The notes: generated from the letters alone by a model not told the origin. Positions 26,285 to 37,287 are shown, counted from the stretch's first letter. The stretch: DNA of 64,000 nucleotides from an uncultured bacterium (GCA_963732385.1 CAVSZB010000002.1:160001-224000), one strand, 5' to 3'. Translations and numbers: made by a program.

Positions 26285-27109
26285 GTGACGCCGGCCGCGC
26301 CGGGCCTCCTGCGGATCGCCGGCGCGGCGCGCGCCGTCGGCGTGTCGCCGAGCGCCCTGCGCCTCTGGGAGCGGCAGGGCCTCGTCGCCCCGATCCGCAG
26401 CGGCGGGCGCGAGCGCCGCTACGGCACCGAGGAGCTGATGCGGCTCCACCGCATCCGCCACCTTCGCGCCGTCGAGGGCCTCAACGCGGCCGGTATCCGG
26501 CGGGTCCTCGGCGAGCCCGGCCCATCCGGGCCGGGCCGGGGCCCGGCCGCCGTCGGCGCCCTCATGCGCGAGCGCCGGGCGGCGGCCGCCCTCTCGCTCC
26601 GCGCGACGAGCGCGCGAACCGGCCTGTCCCCATCGTTCATCTCGAGTCTCGAGCGCGGGGCGACGGGCGCGTCGATTGCCGCCCTCGTCCGCCTCGCCGC
26701 TGCGTACGGCACCACGGTCGGCGCCATCCTCGGCGAGGCACCCGGCGCCGCGGACGGTCCGAGACTCCCGGCGCCCGCCGAGCGCGTCGTCCGCGGCCAC
26801 GAGCGCCCCATCGTCGATGCCGGGCATGGCGTCCGCATCGAGGAGCTCGCCGCGCGGCCGACCCGGCTCCAGCCGCAGCTCTTCGTCCTCGCGCCGGGCG
26901 CGAGCTCGGACGGCGCGTACGATCACGCTGGCGAGGAGTTCCTGTACGTCCTCGGCGGCCGGCTCGCCGTGTGGCTCGACGGCGAGGAGCATCACGAGCT
27001 GGCGGCGGGCGACGCCCTCACGTTCCCCTCCTCGCTTCCCCACCGCTTCGTCGCGCTCGGCCCGGACGAGACGCGGGTCCTCTGGGTCAACACGCCACCG
27101 ACGTTCTGA
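26285..27109 (+). CDS. MerR-HTH + XRE-HTH + cupin transcriptional regulator (alternative start 26216)
   Basis: AARAVGVSPSALRLWERQGL (MerR); LSLRATSARTGLSPSFISSLERG (XRE); HAGEEFLYVLGG...FPSSLPHRF (cupin). Confidence 0.85.
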   Translation: MTPAAPGLLRIAGAARAVGVSPSALRLWERQGLVAPIRSGGRERRYGTEELMRLHRIRHLRAVEGLNAAGIRRVLGEPGPSGPGRGPAAVGALMRERRAAAALSLRATSARTGLSPSFISSLERGATGASIAALVRLAAAYGTTVGAILGEAPGAADGPRLPAPAERVVRGHERPIVDAGHGVRIEELAARPTRLQPQLFVLAPGASSDGAYDHAGEEFLYVLGGRLAVWLDGEEHHELAAGDALTFPSSLPHRFVALGPDETRVLWVNTPPTF

Positions 27110-27119
27110 AGGAGACACC

Positions 27120-28460
27120 ATGGCCGACACGACCGCCACCCCCGCCCCGGGCGCGCGCACCGGGGCGCCGCTCCCGGACCCGTCCGTCGTGCCTGCTGTC
27201 TGGGGCCGCGTCACGAGCCTCCGGGTGGACCGCGGCGACGGCTGCTGGCTCGTCACCACGGACGGCGAGCGCTACCTCGACTACAGCTCGGGGATCGGCG
27301 TCACGAACACCGGGCACGCCCACCCGCGGGTCGTCGCCGCCGTCCAGGCCCAGGCCGCGAAGCTCCTCCACGGCCAGCAGAACATCGTCTACCACGAGGC
27401 AGGGCTCCGCCTCTACGACCGGCTCCGGACGGTGCTGCCCGGCGGCCCGTGGCAGGCCTTCCTCTCGAACTCGGGCGCCGAAGGGGTCGAGGCCGCGGTG
27501 AAGCTCGCCCGGGCCGCCACGAAGCGCCCCGTCATCCTTGTCTTCCGCGGCGGGTATCACGGGCGGACGGCCCAGACGATGGCCCTCACCACGGCGAAGA
27601 GCGTCTACCGCGGCGACTTCGAGCCCCTCCCCGGCTCCGTCTACAGCACCGCCTTCCCGTACTGCTTCCGCGCGCCCGGCGGCTCGCACCCCGCCGACGC
27701 CGGCTGCACCTGCGATTGGGAGGCCGAGCTCGACCTCACCCTTCACACGCTGACCTATCCCGAGCACGTCGCGGCCGTGGTCGTGGAGCCCGTCCTCGGC
27801 GAGGGCGGCTACGTCGTCCCGCCGCCGGGCTTCCTGCCGCGCCTCCGCGAGATCACCCGGACCCACGGGATCCTGCTCGTCGCCGACGAGGTCCAGACGG
27901 GCGTCGGGCGGACCGGGGAGCTGTTCGCGGTCCGCCATTGGGACGTCGAGCCCGACATCCTGGTCTTCGCCAAGGGGATCGCGTCGGGCCTGCCGCTCTC
28001 CGGGATCATCGCCCGCCCGGAGCTGCTCGCGGCGTGGCGGCCGGGCGCCCACGGCGGCACGTACGGCGGCAACGTCGTGGCCTGCGCCGCCGCCAACGCA
28101 ACGCTCGACGTCATCGAGGAGGAGGGCCTCGTCGCAAACGCCCGCGAGCGGGGCGCCCAGCTGCTCGCCGGGCTCCGCGCGATCCAGGCGCGGCACCGCG
28201 AGGTGGGTGACGCCCGCGGCCTCGGGCTCATGGCGGCCCTCGAGCTCGTGAAGCCGGACGAGGGCGACGGGCGCGTGCCGGACCCCGACCTCGCGAAGCG
28301 GGTCCTCGCGGCGGCGCTCGAGCGGAAGCTGATCGTCCTTTCCGCCGGCCCGTACGCCAACGTCGTCCGGATCATCCCGCCGCTCGTCACGACGGCCGCC
28401 GAGGTCGACCTTGCGCTGGCGGCGCTCGGGGAGAGCGTGGTGGAGGCGACGGGCGGCTGA
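27120..28460 (+). CDS. gabT: Class III aminotransferase (4-aminobutyrate aminotransferase-like)
   Basis: GHAHPRV, NSGAEGVE, YHGRT, EPVLGEGG, ADEVQTGVGRTG, AKGIASG, HGGTYGGN. Confidence 0.85.
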   Translation: MADTTATPAPGARTGAPLPDPSVVPAVWGRVTSLRVDRGDGCWLVTTDGERYLDYSSGIGVTNTGHAHPRVVAAVQAQAAKLLHGQQNIVYHEAGLRLYDRLRTVLPGGPWQAFLSNSGAEGVEAAVKLARAATKRPVILVFRGGYHGRTAQTMALTTAKSVYRGDFEPLPGSVYSTAFPYCFRAPGGSHPADAGCTCDWEAELDLTLHTLTYPEHVAAVVVEPVLGEGGYVVPPPGFLPRLREITRTHGILLVADEVQTGVGRTGELFAVRHWDVEPDILVFAKGIASGLPLSGIIARPELLAAWRPGAHGGTYGGNVVACAAANATLDVIEEEGLVANARERGAQLLAGLRAIQARHREVGDARGLGLMAALELVKPDEGDGRVPDPDLAKRVLAAALERKLIVLSAGPYANVVRIIPPLVTTAAEVDLALAALGESVVEATGG

Positions 28461-28483
28461 GGCGTCGGCGCGGGCGCGGGCGC

Positions 28484-29330
28484 CTAGCCGCGGAGGCGCG
28501 CCAGGATCTCGTCGTGGAGGATCCCGTTGCTGCCGACGAACGTCGACGCCCATACGTCGCGGGCGCCCGTGACGTCGGTCACGCGGCCCCCGGCCTCTTC
28601 GATGATCACCAGCGGGGCGGCCACGTCCCAGGCGTGCATCCCGGACTCGATCATCGCCTCGGCCGCCCCCTCGGCGACGAGGGCATAGCCCCAGAAGTCG
28701 CCGAAGCCGCGCTCGCGCCAGCAGGCCTCGATGAGGTCGTCGAAGCCGGGCATGAGGCCGGACTTGAGGTTCTCCGGCGGCTGCTGAAGATGAGCTGCGC
28801 ATCGTCGAGCGAGGCGACGCCGCTCGACCGGATCCGCCGCCGGTTGCCGTCCGCGGTCGATGTGGCCAACGCGCCCAGCCCGCGGGCGCGAACCAGCGCT
28901 CGCCCATCGCCGGCGCCGAGATGACACCGACCTGGAGCTCGCCGTCGACCTCGACCGCGAGGAGCGTGCCGAAGAGCGGCACGCCCCGGATGAAGTTGTG
29001 CGTTCCGTCGATCGGGTCGACGTACCAGCGGATGCCCGCCGCGCCCCGCTTCGTCGCCGTACTCCTCGCCCACGAAGCCGTGCTCGGGGTAGAGGTTGCC
29101 GATCCGGTCGCGGATCAGGCCGCTCGATCGCCCGGTCCGCCTCGGTGACGAACGTGCGGTCCGGCTTGCGCTCGGTCGGGACCTCGCGGCGATACCAGCG
29201 CATGGCGAGCCGATCGGCCTCGTTGCACAGCTCGAGGCCGAGCGAGAGCCAGGCCGTGAGGTCGCTCTCGCTCGACCGGCGCAGCCCGGCGCTCCAGGCC
29301 GGGCCGAACACGCCGCGCGCCGTCGCTCAC
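28484..29330 (-). CDS. hisN: Inositol-monophosphatase family, histidinol-phosphatase-like (frameshifted)
   Basis: [44 protein letters not shown]. Confidence 0.75.
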
Positions 29331-30748
29331 GATGCCGCTGCGAGCCGCCGCCGCGAGGGCCGCCGGGGCCGGGTCGGTGCCACTCCGGGCCGTTCGGCGA
29401 CGAAGCGAGCGAGGAGGTCCGCGCGTCCCGGTCACCTTCAGCTGGTCGAACAGGAACCCGACCTTCGCGGCCTGCGAGGCGAGGATCTCGTCCTTGGTGT
29501 CGAGCTCCCAGAGGCTGACGCTTGAACGGGCCGATCGCCTTCTTGCGGGTCGTGTAGACGAACTGGGTGTCGGTCTGGCCGTCCTTGCGCTCGTCGGCCG
29601 CGTTCTGCGAAGCACCAGGCCTCGATCTCGCGTGCAGCTCCGCCGGGAAGGCCGGGTGCTCGTAGAGGCGTTCTGGAAGCCCGTGGCGAGGTGGATCTCG
29701 GCCGTCTCGACCGTCGGGAACGGTGGAACAGCTCGTCCGGCAGCGTGCTCGCGCCGTGCTGGACGGCGCCGGCGAGCGCCGTACGTCCGCGCGACCTCGC
29801 CGAGGACCCGGAGCACCTCGAAGTCGAGCTTGACCTCGGCGACGCCGCCGTCCGGGAGCGGGATCCCGCCGTGGCTGGTGCCCGTCGCGACGCTCACCTT
29901 GCTGACCCCGATCGCGCCCGGGCGCGGGCGTCGAGCTCGCGGCGGTAGCCGTCGAGGTAGGCCCGCAGCTCGTCCCGGTTCGAGTTCTCCTTGCCGACTT
30001 CGCCGATCTCGCCGCCGACGGAGATCGTCACGCCGTCGGGCTCGAGCTCGCGGATGAGCGCCGTGAGCTCGGCGGCGACGCGTGTAGTTCACCCGCTGCT
30101 GCTCGTCGACGCGTCGGCTGTCGAGAGGTCGACCAGGGTCGAGCTGTCGATGTCGATGTTGAGGTAGCCGGCGGCGATCGCGTCGCGGCAGGCCTTGCGG
30201 ATCTCCTCGGTCATCGCCTCCGGGTCGGCGGCGTACTTCTTCGCGTTGAACTGGTAGTGGTCGCCCTGGATGAAGACCGGGCCGACCCAGCCGGCCGCGA
30301 TCGCCCCGGCGAGGCAGCTCGTGGCGTACTCGAAGACGCGCTGGTACGTGTAGGTCTGCTCGGAGCGGGCCAGCTCGAGGATGACGGGCCGACGTCCTTC
30401 GCCATCGCCGTCTCGAGGATCGTCCGGGCCATGTCGAACGTCTGCACCCGGAGGTTGATCGCCGGGACGGTGAAGCCGCGCGACCTCGCCGCGGCGCGCG
30501 GGCCACGTAGAGGTCCTGGATGCTCGCCGAGCGGGCGCCGAGCGCCTGGCTGGCCTCCCAGACGATCCAGCGGGCGGCCTCGACGGTCGCGGCGTCCTCG
30601 GAGAACGTCTGGGTCCAGGCGAGGTCCTCGATCGTGCGGGCCGCGGAACGCCGCCTCGTCCGTGACGACGACGTCGGTCGCCCTCGATGCGGGCGGTCCC
30701 GTCGAGCAGGGCGAGGAGCTCGGGGATGGAGGCGGCGACGGTGGCCAT
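29327..30748 (-). CDS. Long-type class II fructose-bisphosphate aldolase family protein (frameshifted)
   Basis: [71 protein letters not shown]. Confidence 0.8.
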
Positions 30749-30949
30749 GGGCGCGGGTCTCCTGTCGGTGGCGAGCGGCGGGACGGCGTCCGCGCCGCGC
30801 GGGTGGCGGTGGGCTGCACCTGCGGGCCGGCCCCGCGCGCTCACGCGCCGGCGACCCGCGGCCCCGTCATGGTACGACGACGGGGGGACCCGCTCACCCG
30901 GCCGGGCGGCCCGTGATCGGGGTGCCGAAGGGACGGGTGACGGTCACGG

Positions 30950-31656
30950 CCCCGGTTCGCGGGCCGCCGCGCCGGCTCGGCGGGGCGGCCACGGCGGGGC
31001 CCGGCGCGTCGGCCGGCGCCGGCGCGGAGCGCGGTAGCTGCCGCGCTCCACGCGCTCGAACCAGCCATACGGGTCGCGCGCCAGGATCCGTCCCGCGTTC
31101 GGGGCTGCCGCCTGGCCCGGAGCTACGGCGACCGACGCCGGCCCCGCGGCGCAGGACATCGCGATCCGCATCGCCTCCTGACGGTACGCCGTCATGATCG
31201 GATGCGGGTGGCGCCGCCGGGGGTCGGGTCGCCGCGCCGCCTGGCGTGCTCGGCCAGCAGGCGCGCCGTCCGCCGGCGGTCGCGCGGCGGGCGATACGGG
31301 CCGGGCTCGACCGCGACCTCCACGGCCCGCTGCGGCCCGTGCACTACCAGGAGGCCCGAGTCCGAGGCGCCGGCAGAGGGGCCGGATCCCTCGCCGCCGG
31401 CCGGCGTCGGCCGGGACGGCCAGGTAGACCGTCTCGGCGGCGCGCAGCCGGTCCAGCGCCTGCAGGACGAGCCCGAGCGTGAACCGGAGCTTCAGCTCGA
31501 CGATCACGGGCGGCTCGTCGCCGCGCACGGCCACGACGTCGCAGCCGCCGATCTCGCCCTTGACCTCGTACCCCTCGCGCTCGAGGAACGCCTTGACCGG
31601 CGGGTAGAGATCGACCTCGCTGCGCGGCGCCCTGGCGGGCGGCGGGGCCCCGTCAC
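30950..31656 (-). CDS. DUF2161 family putative PD-(D/E)XK phosphodiesterase (frameshifted; 3' end uncertain)
   Basis: EVDLYPPVKAFLEREGYEVKGEIGGCDVVA, IVELK, GDP.PGG, IMTAYRQEA, YGWFERV. Confidence 0.8.
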
Positions 31657-33143
31657 GCCACGCCGGCCTCCCGGGAGAACGCCGCGACGATCGCGTCGAG
31701 CTCGCTCGCCACCCCGTCCGGCAGCGGCAGCGGGACGTGGCTCGCCAGCAGCGACCGCGCGCGCTCGCGGGCGCGGTCGCGCGGGGACGGCCGGCCGCCG
31801 GCCTCCCAGTCCTCCCACGTGCCGCGATCGAAGAGGCGCGGCTGCCAGAGCCCCCGCATGTGGCCGACGGTGTGCTCCTCGGCGAGGAAGTTGCCGCCCG
31901 GGCCGACGTCCCCGATGACGTCGACGGCGAGTGTCGCGTCGTCGACCGCGATGCCGCCACCGAGGTGCCGGACGAGCCCGAAGATCTCGGCGTCGAGGAC
32001 CATCTCCTCGAGGGCGAAGACGCGGGCCGCGTAGAGGAGCCCGGCCCCCGACAGCATGTCGGCGCCGGCGAGGAGGCTGGCGCAGGCCCGACAGGCCATT
32101 CTCCAGGCCGGCCTGCCAGTCGGGGCTCTTCGCGCCCGGGGCGAACGTCCCGACGCTCGACGGCACCCGGTAGTGGCGGGCCAGCTGGGCGAACGCCGCC
32201 TGGTAGAGGAGGTCCTCGGGGCCGCCGCAGGTGGTGAGACCCGGTCCGCAGGTCCATCGTCGTCGAGCAGGCGCCGTAGAACGTCGGGGCGCCCGGGACG
32301 AGCGTCTCCACGATCGTCATCCCGGCCAGCACCTCGGCGTTGCTCTGGGCGAGGACGCCGGCCGGGGTCGCGGGCGCGGTCGCGCAGCCGATCGCCATGA
32401 CGACGAAGCCGGCCGGCACGCCCGCCTCGCGCGTAGACGAGGGCCGCCTCGAGCGCTTCGCCGTCGAACGTGAGCGGGCTGAGGCTCACCTGGAACGACG
32501 AGAGGATCGGCCGGCCCGGCAGGGCGTCGGCGCCGCCGACGACGGCGCGCGCCATCTCGACCGCGCCCCGGGCGGCGAGCGGCGTCGTCGGCCGTCATGA
32601 GCTGGACGTGCTTGCCGCTGTTGGCGAGCTGCGTCCGCAGCTCGTGGAGCGGGCGCACGGGGACCGGTCGGTCGCCGGCCTCGACGCCCTGCCAGAGGAA
32701 GCGCGATCTCCGGGAGCGCGTCGGCGAGGCGCGTCACGGCCGCGAGGTCGGCCTCGGTCGAGGAGCGGCGCTCGCCCGTCTCGAGGTCGAGGATCTCGGC
32801 CGCGCTGCCGTCGACCGAGAGATAGCCGTGGGCGCCGTCGAGCGGCAGGTCCCACGCCGGGTCGCGGGCGGCGAGCGTGTAGCGTGGCGGCGCCGCGGCG
32901 AGGGCGGCCTCCACCAGCGCCGCCGGCAAGCGGACTCGATCGCCCTCGACGCGGCCCCGGCCGACGGCCAGGCGGTCACGGATGGCGGCCGAGGTCGACG
33001 GCGACGCCGGTCTCCTCCAGGATGCGCAGGCTGGCCGCGTGGAGTCGCGCGAGGCCGTCCGGCGAGAGCGGTCGCAGGATCGGCTCCGCGGTCGGGAGGG
33101 CGCGGACGGGCGAGGCGGGGGTGGGCGAGGGACGGGCGGTCAT
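31653..33143 (-). CDS. Trimethylamine methyltransferase (MttB) family protein, non-pyrrolysine (frameshifted)
   Basis: LHAASLRILEETGV, TAPATPAGVLAQSNAEVLAG, MDLRTG, AKSPDWQAG, GAGLL, VGPGGNFL. Confidence 0.85.
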
Positions 33144-33273
33144 CGAGGCGGCCTCCGAGCGTGGCGGGCGGCGAGCCGGGACGGCGGCATGCGCCGCGAG
33201 AGCGGGCGCACCGAGCATGCCACCCCGCCCTTCCCCGCGCCGGCCCGCCATGCGCCCGGGGCCCGCCGTACGG

Positions 33274-33794
33274 ATGCGCGCCGATGACGTCGAGACCGCG
33301 ATCCGCAGCACCCGCTCCATCCGCCGCTTCACCGACGAGCCGGTCGCCGAGGACGACCTGCTCCGATCCTCGATGCCGGTCGGCGGGCCCAGTCGAGCAT
33401 GAGCAGCGCGCCCTGCGCTTCGTCGTCGTCCGCGACCGGGTGACGCCGTCGAGGCGCTGCTCGGCCGGCGGGGGCTACGCGGGCGCGGGCCATCTCGCCG
33501 GCGCCGCCGCGGGGATCGCCCTGGTCGGCACGCAACCGGACGCCGACCTCGACCTCGGCCAGGCGCTCGCCTACCTCCAGCTCGCGGCGCGGGCGCGCGA
33601 CTACGGGTCCTGCATCGCCTCGATGTGGGAGCCGGACCGGGCGAAGGCGATCCTCGGCATCCCACCCGACCTGCGTTCCCCACCGCGTTGTCGATCGGAC
33701 GCCCGGCCCCCGAGGAGGTCGCGCCGCGGCCGCCGAGGCCCGGGGCCGCCTCCCGCTGCTCGAGGAGGTCGTCCGCTGGGAGCGCTGGGGCTGA
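33274..33794 (+). CDS. Nitroreductase family protein (frameshifted)
   Basis: AIRSTRSIRRF, FVVVRDR, DLGQALAYLQLAA...GSCIASMW, LEEVVRWERWG*. Confidence 0.75.
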
Positions 33795-33852
33795 TCCGCC
33801 GGACGACCCGGCCCAGCCCAGCGTCGGGTACCGGCGCGACCGCCGCTCGCGG

Positions 33853-34671
33853 TCAGTCGGCCCACGTCGGCCTCGTGAGGGCGAGGCGGCGCGCCCCGCG
33901 CCTCGAACGACGCCGCGTCGAGCCGACCGGCGACTGCCAGGTCTGCCACCAGCGTCGCGCGCGCGGCGCGCTCGGCCTCGAAGTCCCCGGCCCGCATCCG
34001 GCAGCGCTCGGCGAGGTCGGGGGCGAGTGCCCCAGGCGAAGTCCTCCCAGTGCCCCGCCGCCTCATCCCGCGCGGCCAGGACGGCGGGTGCCAGGCGACG
34101 AGGATGCCCGCCCGCGTCGCGGACCACCGGCCGCAGGTAGTGGGCGACGACAACCCGGGAGCCGCCATCCGTCGCCGACGCGAGAACCATGACGACCCCG
34201 AGGAACGACGCCTCGTCGTCGGTGAGCCCCTGGCGGGCGAGGAGGTCGAGGACCTCCGCAAGGTCGTTCGCCTCGACCGAGAGGCGAGGAGCCCGCTGCG
34301 GCGGGTCGTCGCGGCGAGCGCGGCCCGGAGCATTCCGGCCGGCGTCGCCCGGTCCACCGAGCCGGCGACGCGGACGAGGCGATCGCCACCGCTCTCGACG
34401 CCAGGCCGCCGCCGACCATCCGGCAACGCGCCGACGAGCGCCTCCACCAGCGCCGCGCGGGCCGCGGCGCCGGACCACGACGAGGGCGGGGACGCCGCGA
34501 TTGAGCAGCAGCCACGCCAGCCCGGCGAGGGTCGCGTCGACGACGACCGGAGGCCACGAGGCCGGGCAGCGTGGGCGCCGCGGCGGGCGGAGGGACGGAT
34601 CGTGCGACGGGCTCTCCGGCGGGTCGAGAGGGCGGGCGGCCGAGCGTACCGACGCCGCCCATCCGCGTCAA
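33853..34671 (-). CDS. Hypothetical protein (frameshifted; ends approximate)
   Basis: Protein-like fragments DATLAGLAWLLL, LGVVMVL, VVAHYLRPVVRDAGGH, LAPAVLA, WEDFAWG. Confidence 0.45.
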
Positions 34672-34844
34672 CGAGCGGCCGCTCGCCGCGCGGGACCGCG
34701 CGCGACCGCGCCGACGCGCGGAGCGCGCCGGGCGTGGTGGACGCGCCGCAAGAGCCGAGGCGCCCTCCCGGCCTTCCGCCGGCCGGGCCGGTGGGCGATA
34801 CTTCGCGCGGCTGGGGGTATGTTCAGGCGAGGGAGGTTCAGCGC

Positions 34845-35095
34845 ATGATCCAGCGGCTCATCGGCGTCTCGATCGGGGCGCTCATCACGTTCGCGATCCT
34901 CTGGCTCAGCGACGTCACGAACCAGACCGACCTCATCCCGTGGTACTTCGCCGCGGCCGTCATCGGCGCGATCGCCAGCTTCCTCTGGCCGGTCGTCATC
35001 GGCTTCGGGCTGGCCGCCGGGCGCGTGCTCGCCGCGATGCCCGGATCGAGGACGAGGTCCAGCGCCAGCTGGCCGAGAAGCAGAAGCTGGGCTGA
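34845..35095 (+). CDS. Small two-TM membrane protein (one frameshift)
   Basis: GGGAGG RBS; MIQRLIGVSIGALITFAILW...IEDEVQRQLAEKQKLG*. Confidence 0.65.
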
Positions 35096-35260
35096 CAGGC
35101 CGCGCCCCACGTCGCGCCGCGCCCCGACCGCGCCGCGCCGGCGCTGCCGGGGCCAGCTGCCCCTTCGGGCGCCAACGCTGCCCGCATGGCTGCACGTGGG
35201 CGCTGCGCAGCGGGGCGCCGGGGGCGGTAGCCTCGGTCCTTGGCCCGGTATCGGGGACGG

Positions 35261-36188
35261 ATGCGAGGGGAGCTGGAGCGACAATCGGGGAGGGACAGCC
35301 TCCACCCGGCGCCGCGACAGCCGCACGCGCCGTCCGTAGGCGGGCTCGCCGTCGCGGGCGCGGCGCATGTGCCGTTCGTCCACGGGGTGGGCGATGCGTT
35401 GGCGCTCCAGCGTTCGCCGGGAACCGGGCGACGACCTCCCGGATCACCGACCTGCAGCGACTCGACGTCTACGGCCGGGCCGCCGCCGAAGCGTCGCCGC
35501 TGCCGGCGGCCACGACGGCGGCGTTCCGGCGGGAGATCGACTCCGCGAACCCGGCAGCGGCCCTCGCAGCGGTGGTGGAGGCCATGACCGCGCGTGGCGA
35601 GCTCGATCCCCGGCTCCTTCGCACGTCGGGCCCGGACGCCCTGTGGCGGGTCCGCGAGGTCGGCGGCCTGGCAGCCCAGGTGTCGTTCCGCCCGGCCTTC
35701 GTCGATCCGGACGTCCCGGCGCGACGGCTGCCGAACCCGCGCTTCAGCGTCAGTCCCAAGACGGTGCTCCAGCCGGGTCGCGGGGATGCGCTCGAGCGCC
35801 TGCACACGAGCATCCTCCACGAGTACCGCCACGTCGAGCAGGCAGCCGAGCGGGTGAACCGGGCGCCGGAAGAGGGACTGCAGTGGAGCCCGGGTACGGC
35901 AACGACCCCGACGAGTTCGACGCCTACCTCGCCGAGGTGGAGTCGGCCTACACCCGCACCCACATGACGACGGCGGCCCTGCAGGCCGCCATCCACTGGG
36001 AGTTCCTCGCCGTCGACGACCGGGCCCCGTTCACGGCGCGATGGGCGGCGGCGCAGGCTCGCGTCGAACGCGTCCTCGGCTATGGCGTCGACGCCCTCCT
36101 GCGGACGTCGATGGCCGAGCGCTACCGCGAGCAGCTGCGGGAGATGGAGCGCCGCGCCCACGAGGCGCGAGAGCGTCACGCCCATTGA
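35261..36188 (+). CDS. Putative HExxH zinc-metallopeptidase / effector-like protein (frameshifts near 35417 and 35895)
   Basis: Reconstructed ALALQRS.GNRATT..LQR; SILHEYRHVEQ; DEFDAYLAE. Confidence 0.55.
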
Positions 36189-36224
36189 CGCGTGCGTCGC
36201 GGACGCCGACGGGACCGTGCAATC

Positions 36225-36821
36225 ATGACCGGCGTGGACATACGGCCGGCGACCTCCGAGCTCCTGCCCGCCCTCGAGGACCTCTTCGCGAGGCGCAGCG
36301 GGGGCGACGCGCGGTTCTGCTGGTGCCTCTGGTGGCGCGTGCGGGCGAAGGATTTCGCGGCCAGCACGCCTGCCCGGAACCGCGACGCGCTCCGGGGGCT
36401 GGTCGTCTCCGGTCCGCCTCCGGGTCTCCTGGCCCTCGAGGATGGGCGTGCGATCGGCTGGGTCGGGCTGGGCCCCCGACAGGACTTCGAGCGGCTCGAG
36501 CGTTCGCGGGTGATCCCGCGGAGCGAGGGGCCGGCGCCGTGGGCCGTCGTCTGCTTCGTGGTCGCGGCCGACGCTCGCGGTCGCGGCGTCGCGAGCGCGC
36601 TCCTGGCGGCGGCCGTCGAGCACGCCCGCGCCTCCGGTGCCGCGGTCGTGGAAGGCTACCCCGTCGATCCTTCGGCGGCGCCGGGGGGCCGCGTGAGCGA
36701 CACGGGCGCCTACAACGGCACCCGCTCGATGTTCCAGCGGGCCGGGTTCCGCTGGGTCGCGGACACCTCCTCGCGCAGCGGCGGCGCCCCGCGGGTCGTG
36801 ATGCGCCTGGAGTTGCCGTGA
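36225..36821 (+). CDS. GNAT family N-acetyltransferase
   Basis: CWCLWWR, GWVGLGPR, WAVVCFVV...RGRGVA, VEGYPVD, MFQRAGF. Confidence 0.9.
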   Translation: MTGVDIRPATSELLPALEDLFARRSGGDARFCWCLWWRVRAKDFAASTPARNRDALRGLVVSGPPPGLLALEDGRAIGWVGLGPRQDFERLERSRVIPRSEGPAPWAVVCFVVAADARGRGVASALLAAAVEHARASGAAVVEGYPVDPSAAPGGRVSDTGAYNGTRSMFQRAGFRWVADTSSRSGGAPRVVMRLELP

Positions 36822-36884
36822 CCCACCGCACCACGCCCTCGCTCCGATTCGCCCGGGCGCGTGGACTGAAGTTGCGCAAGTCCC

Positions 36885-36914
36885 TTGACACCGCCCGGGC
36901 CGCAGGAGTACTGT
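36885..36914 (+). promoter_or_regulatory. Sigma-70-type promoter
   Basis: TTGACA (36885-36890), 18-bp spacer, TACTGT (36909-36914) in an otherwise very GC-rich intergenic region. Confidence 0.6.
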
Positions 36915-36965
36915 CCCGCCCGGCGCGGCAGTCCCGCGTCGACGACAGAGAGGCCTGAACACCGA

Positions 36966-37061
36966 ATGAGCGAGCGGATCTTCCTCATGAGCGCCCGGGT
37001 GCGGCTGACCGCGCCCGTCGATGGCGCGCTCTGCGGGCGATCTGTGCCCAGCTCGGCCTAG
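36966..37061 (+). CDS. Putative leader peptide (uORF, 31 aa)
   Basis: MSERIFLMSARVRLTAPVDGALCGRSVPSSA*, preceded by AGAGAGG and lying between the promoter and a terminator hairpin. Confidence 0.5.
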   Translation: MSERIFLMSARVRLTAPVDGALCGRSVPSSA

Positions 37062-37096
37062 TCACGCGGCGGTAGCGCCGCCAGACAGGGAACCGG

Positions 37097-37130
37097 AGCC
37101 GCGGGCCAGATCAGGGCCCAGCGGCTTTTT
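37097..37130 (+). terminator. Intrinsic terminator in 5' leader (attenuator)
   Basis: AGCCGC-GGGCC/agatcag/GGCCC-a-GCGGCT followed by TTTTCATT. Confidence 0.7.
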
Positions 37131-37287
37131 CATTGCCCCGCACCGCGGGGCGGCGACCCGGAGCCGCGGGCCCACGACGCAGGAGCTGACGTCGGGCCCG
37201 CGGCTCTTCTCGTCTCCGGACGAGCGGAGGCCGCGACCGGGCCCGTCTCCACCGGGATCGCCACCACCGAGACGAACGGAGAGAACC

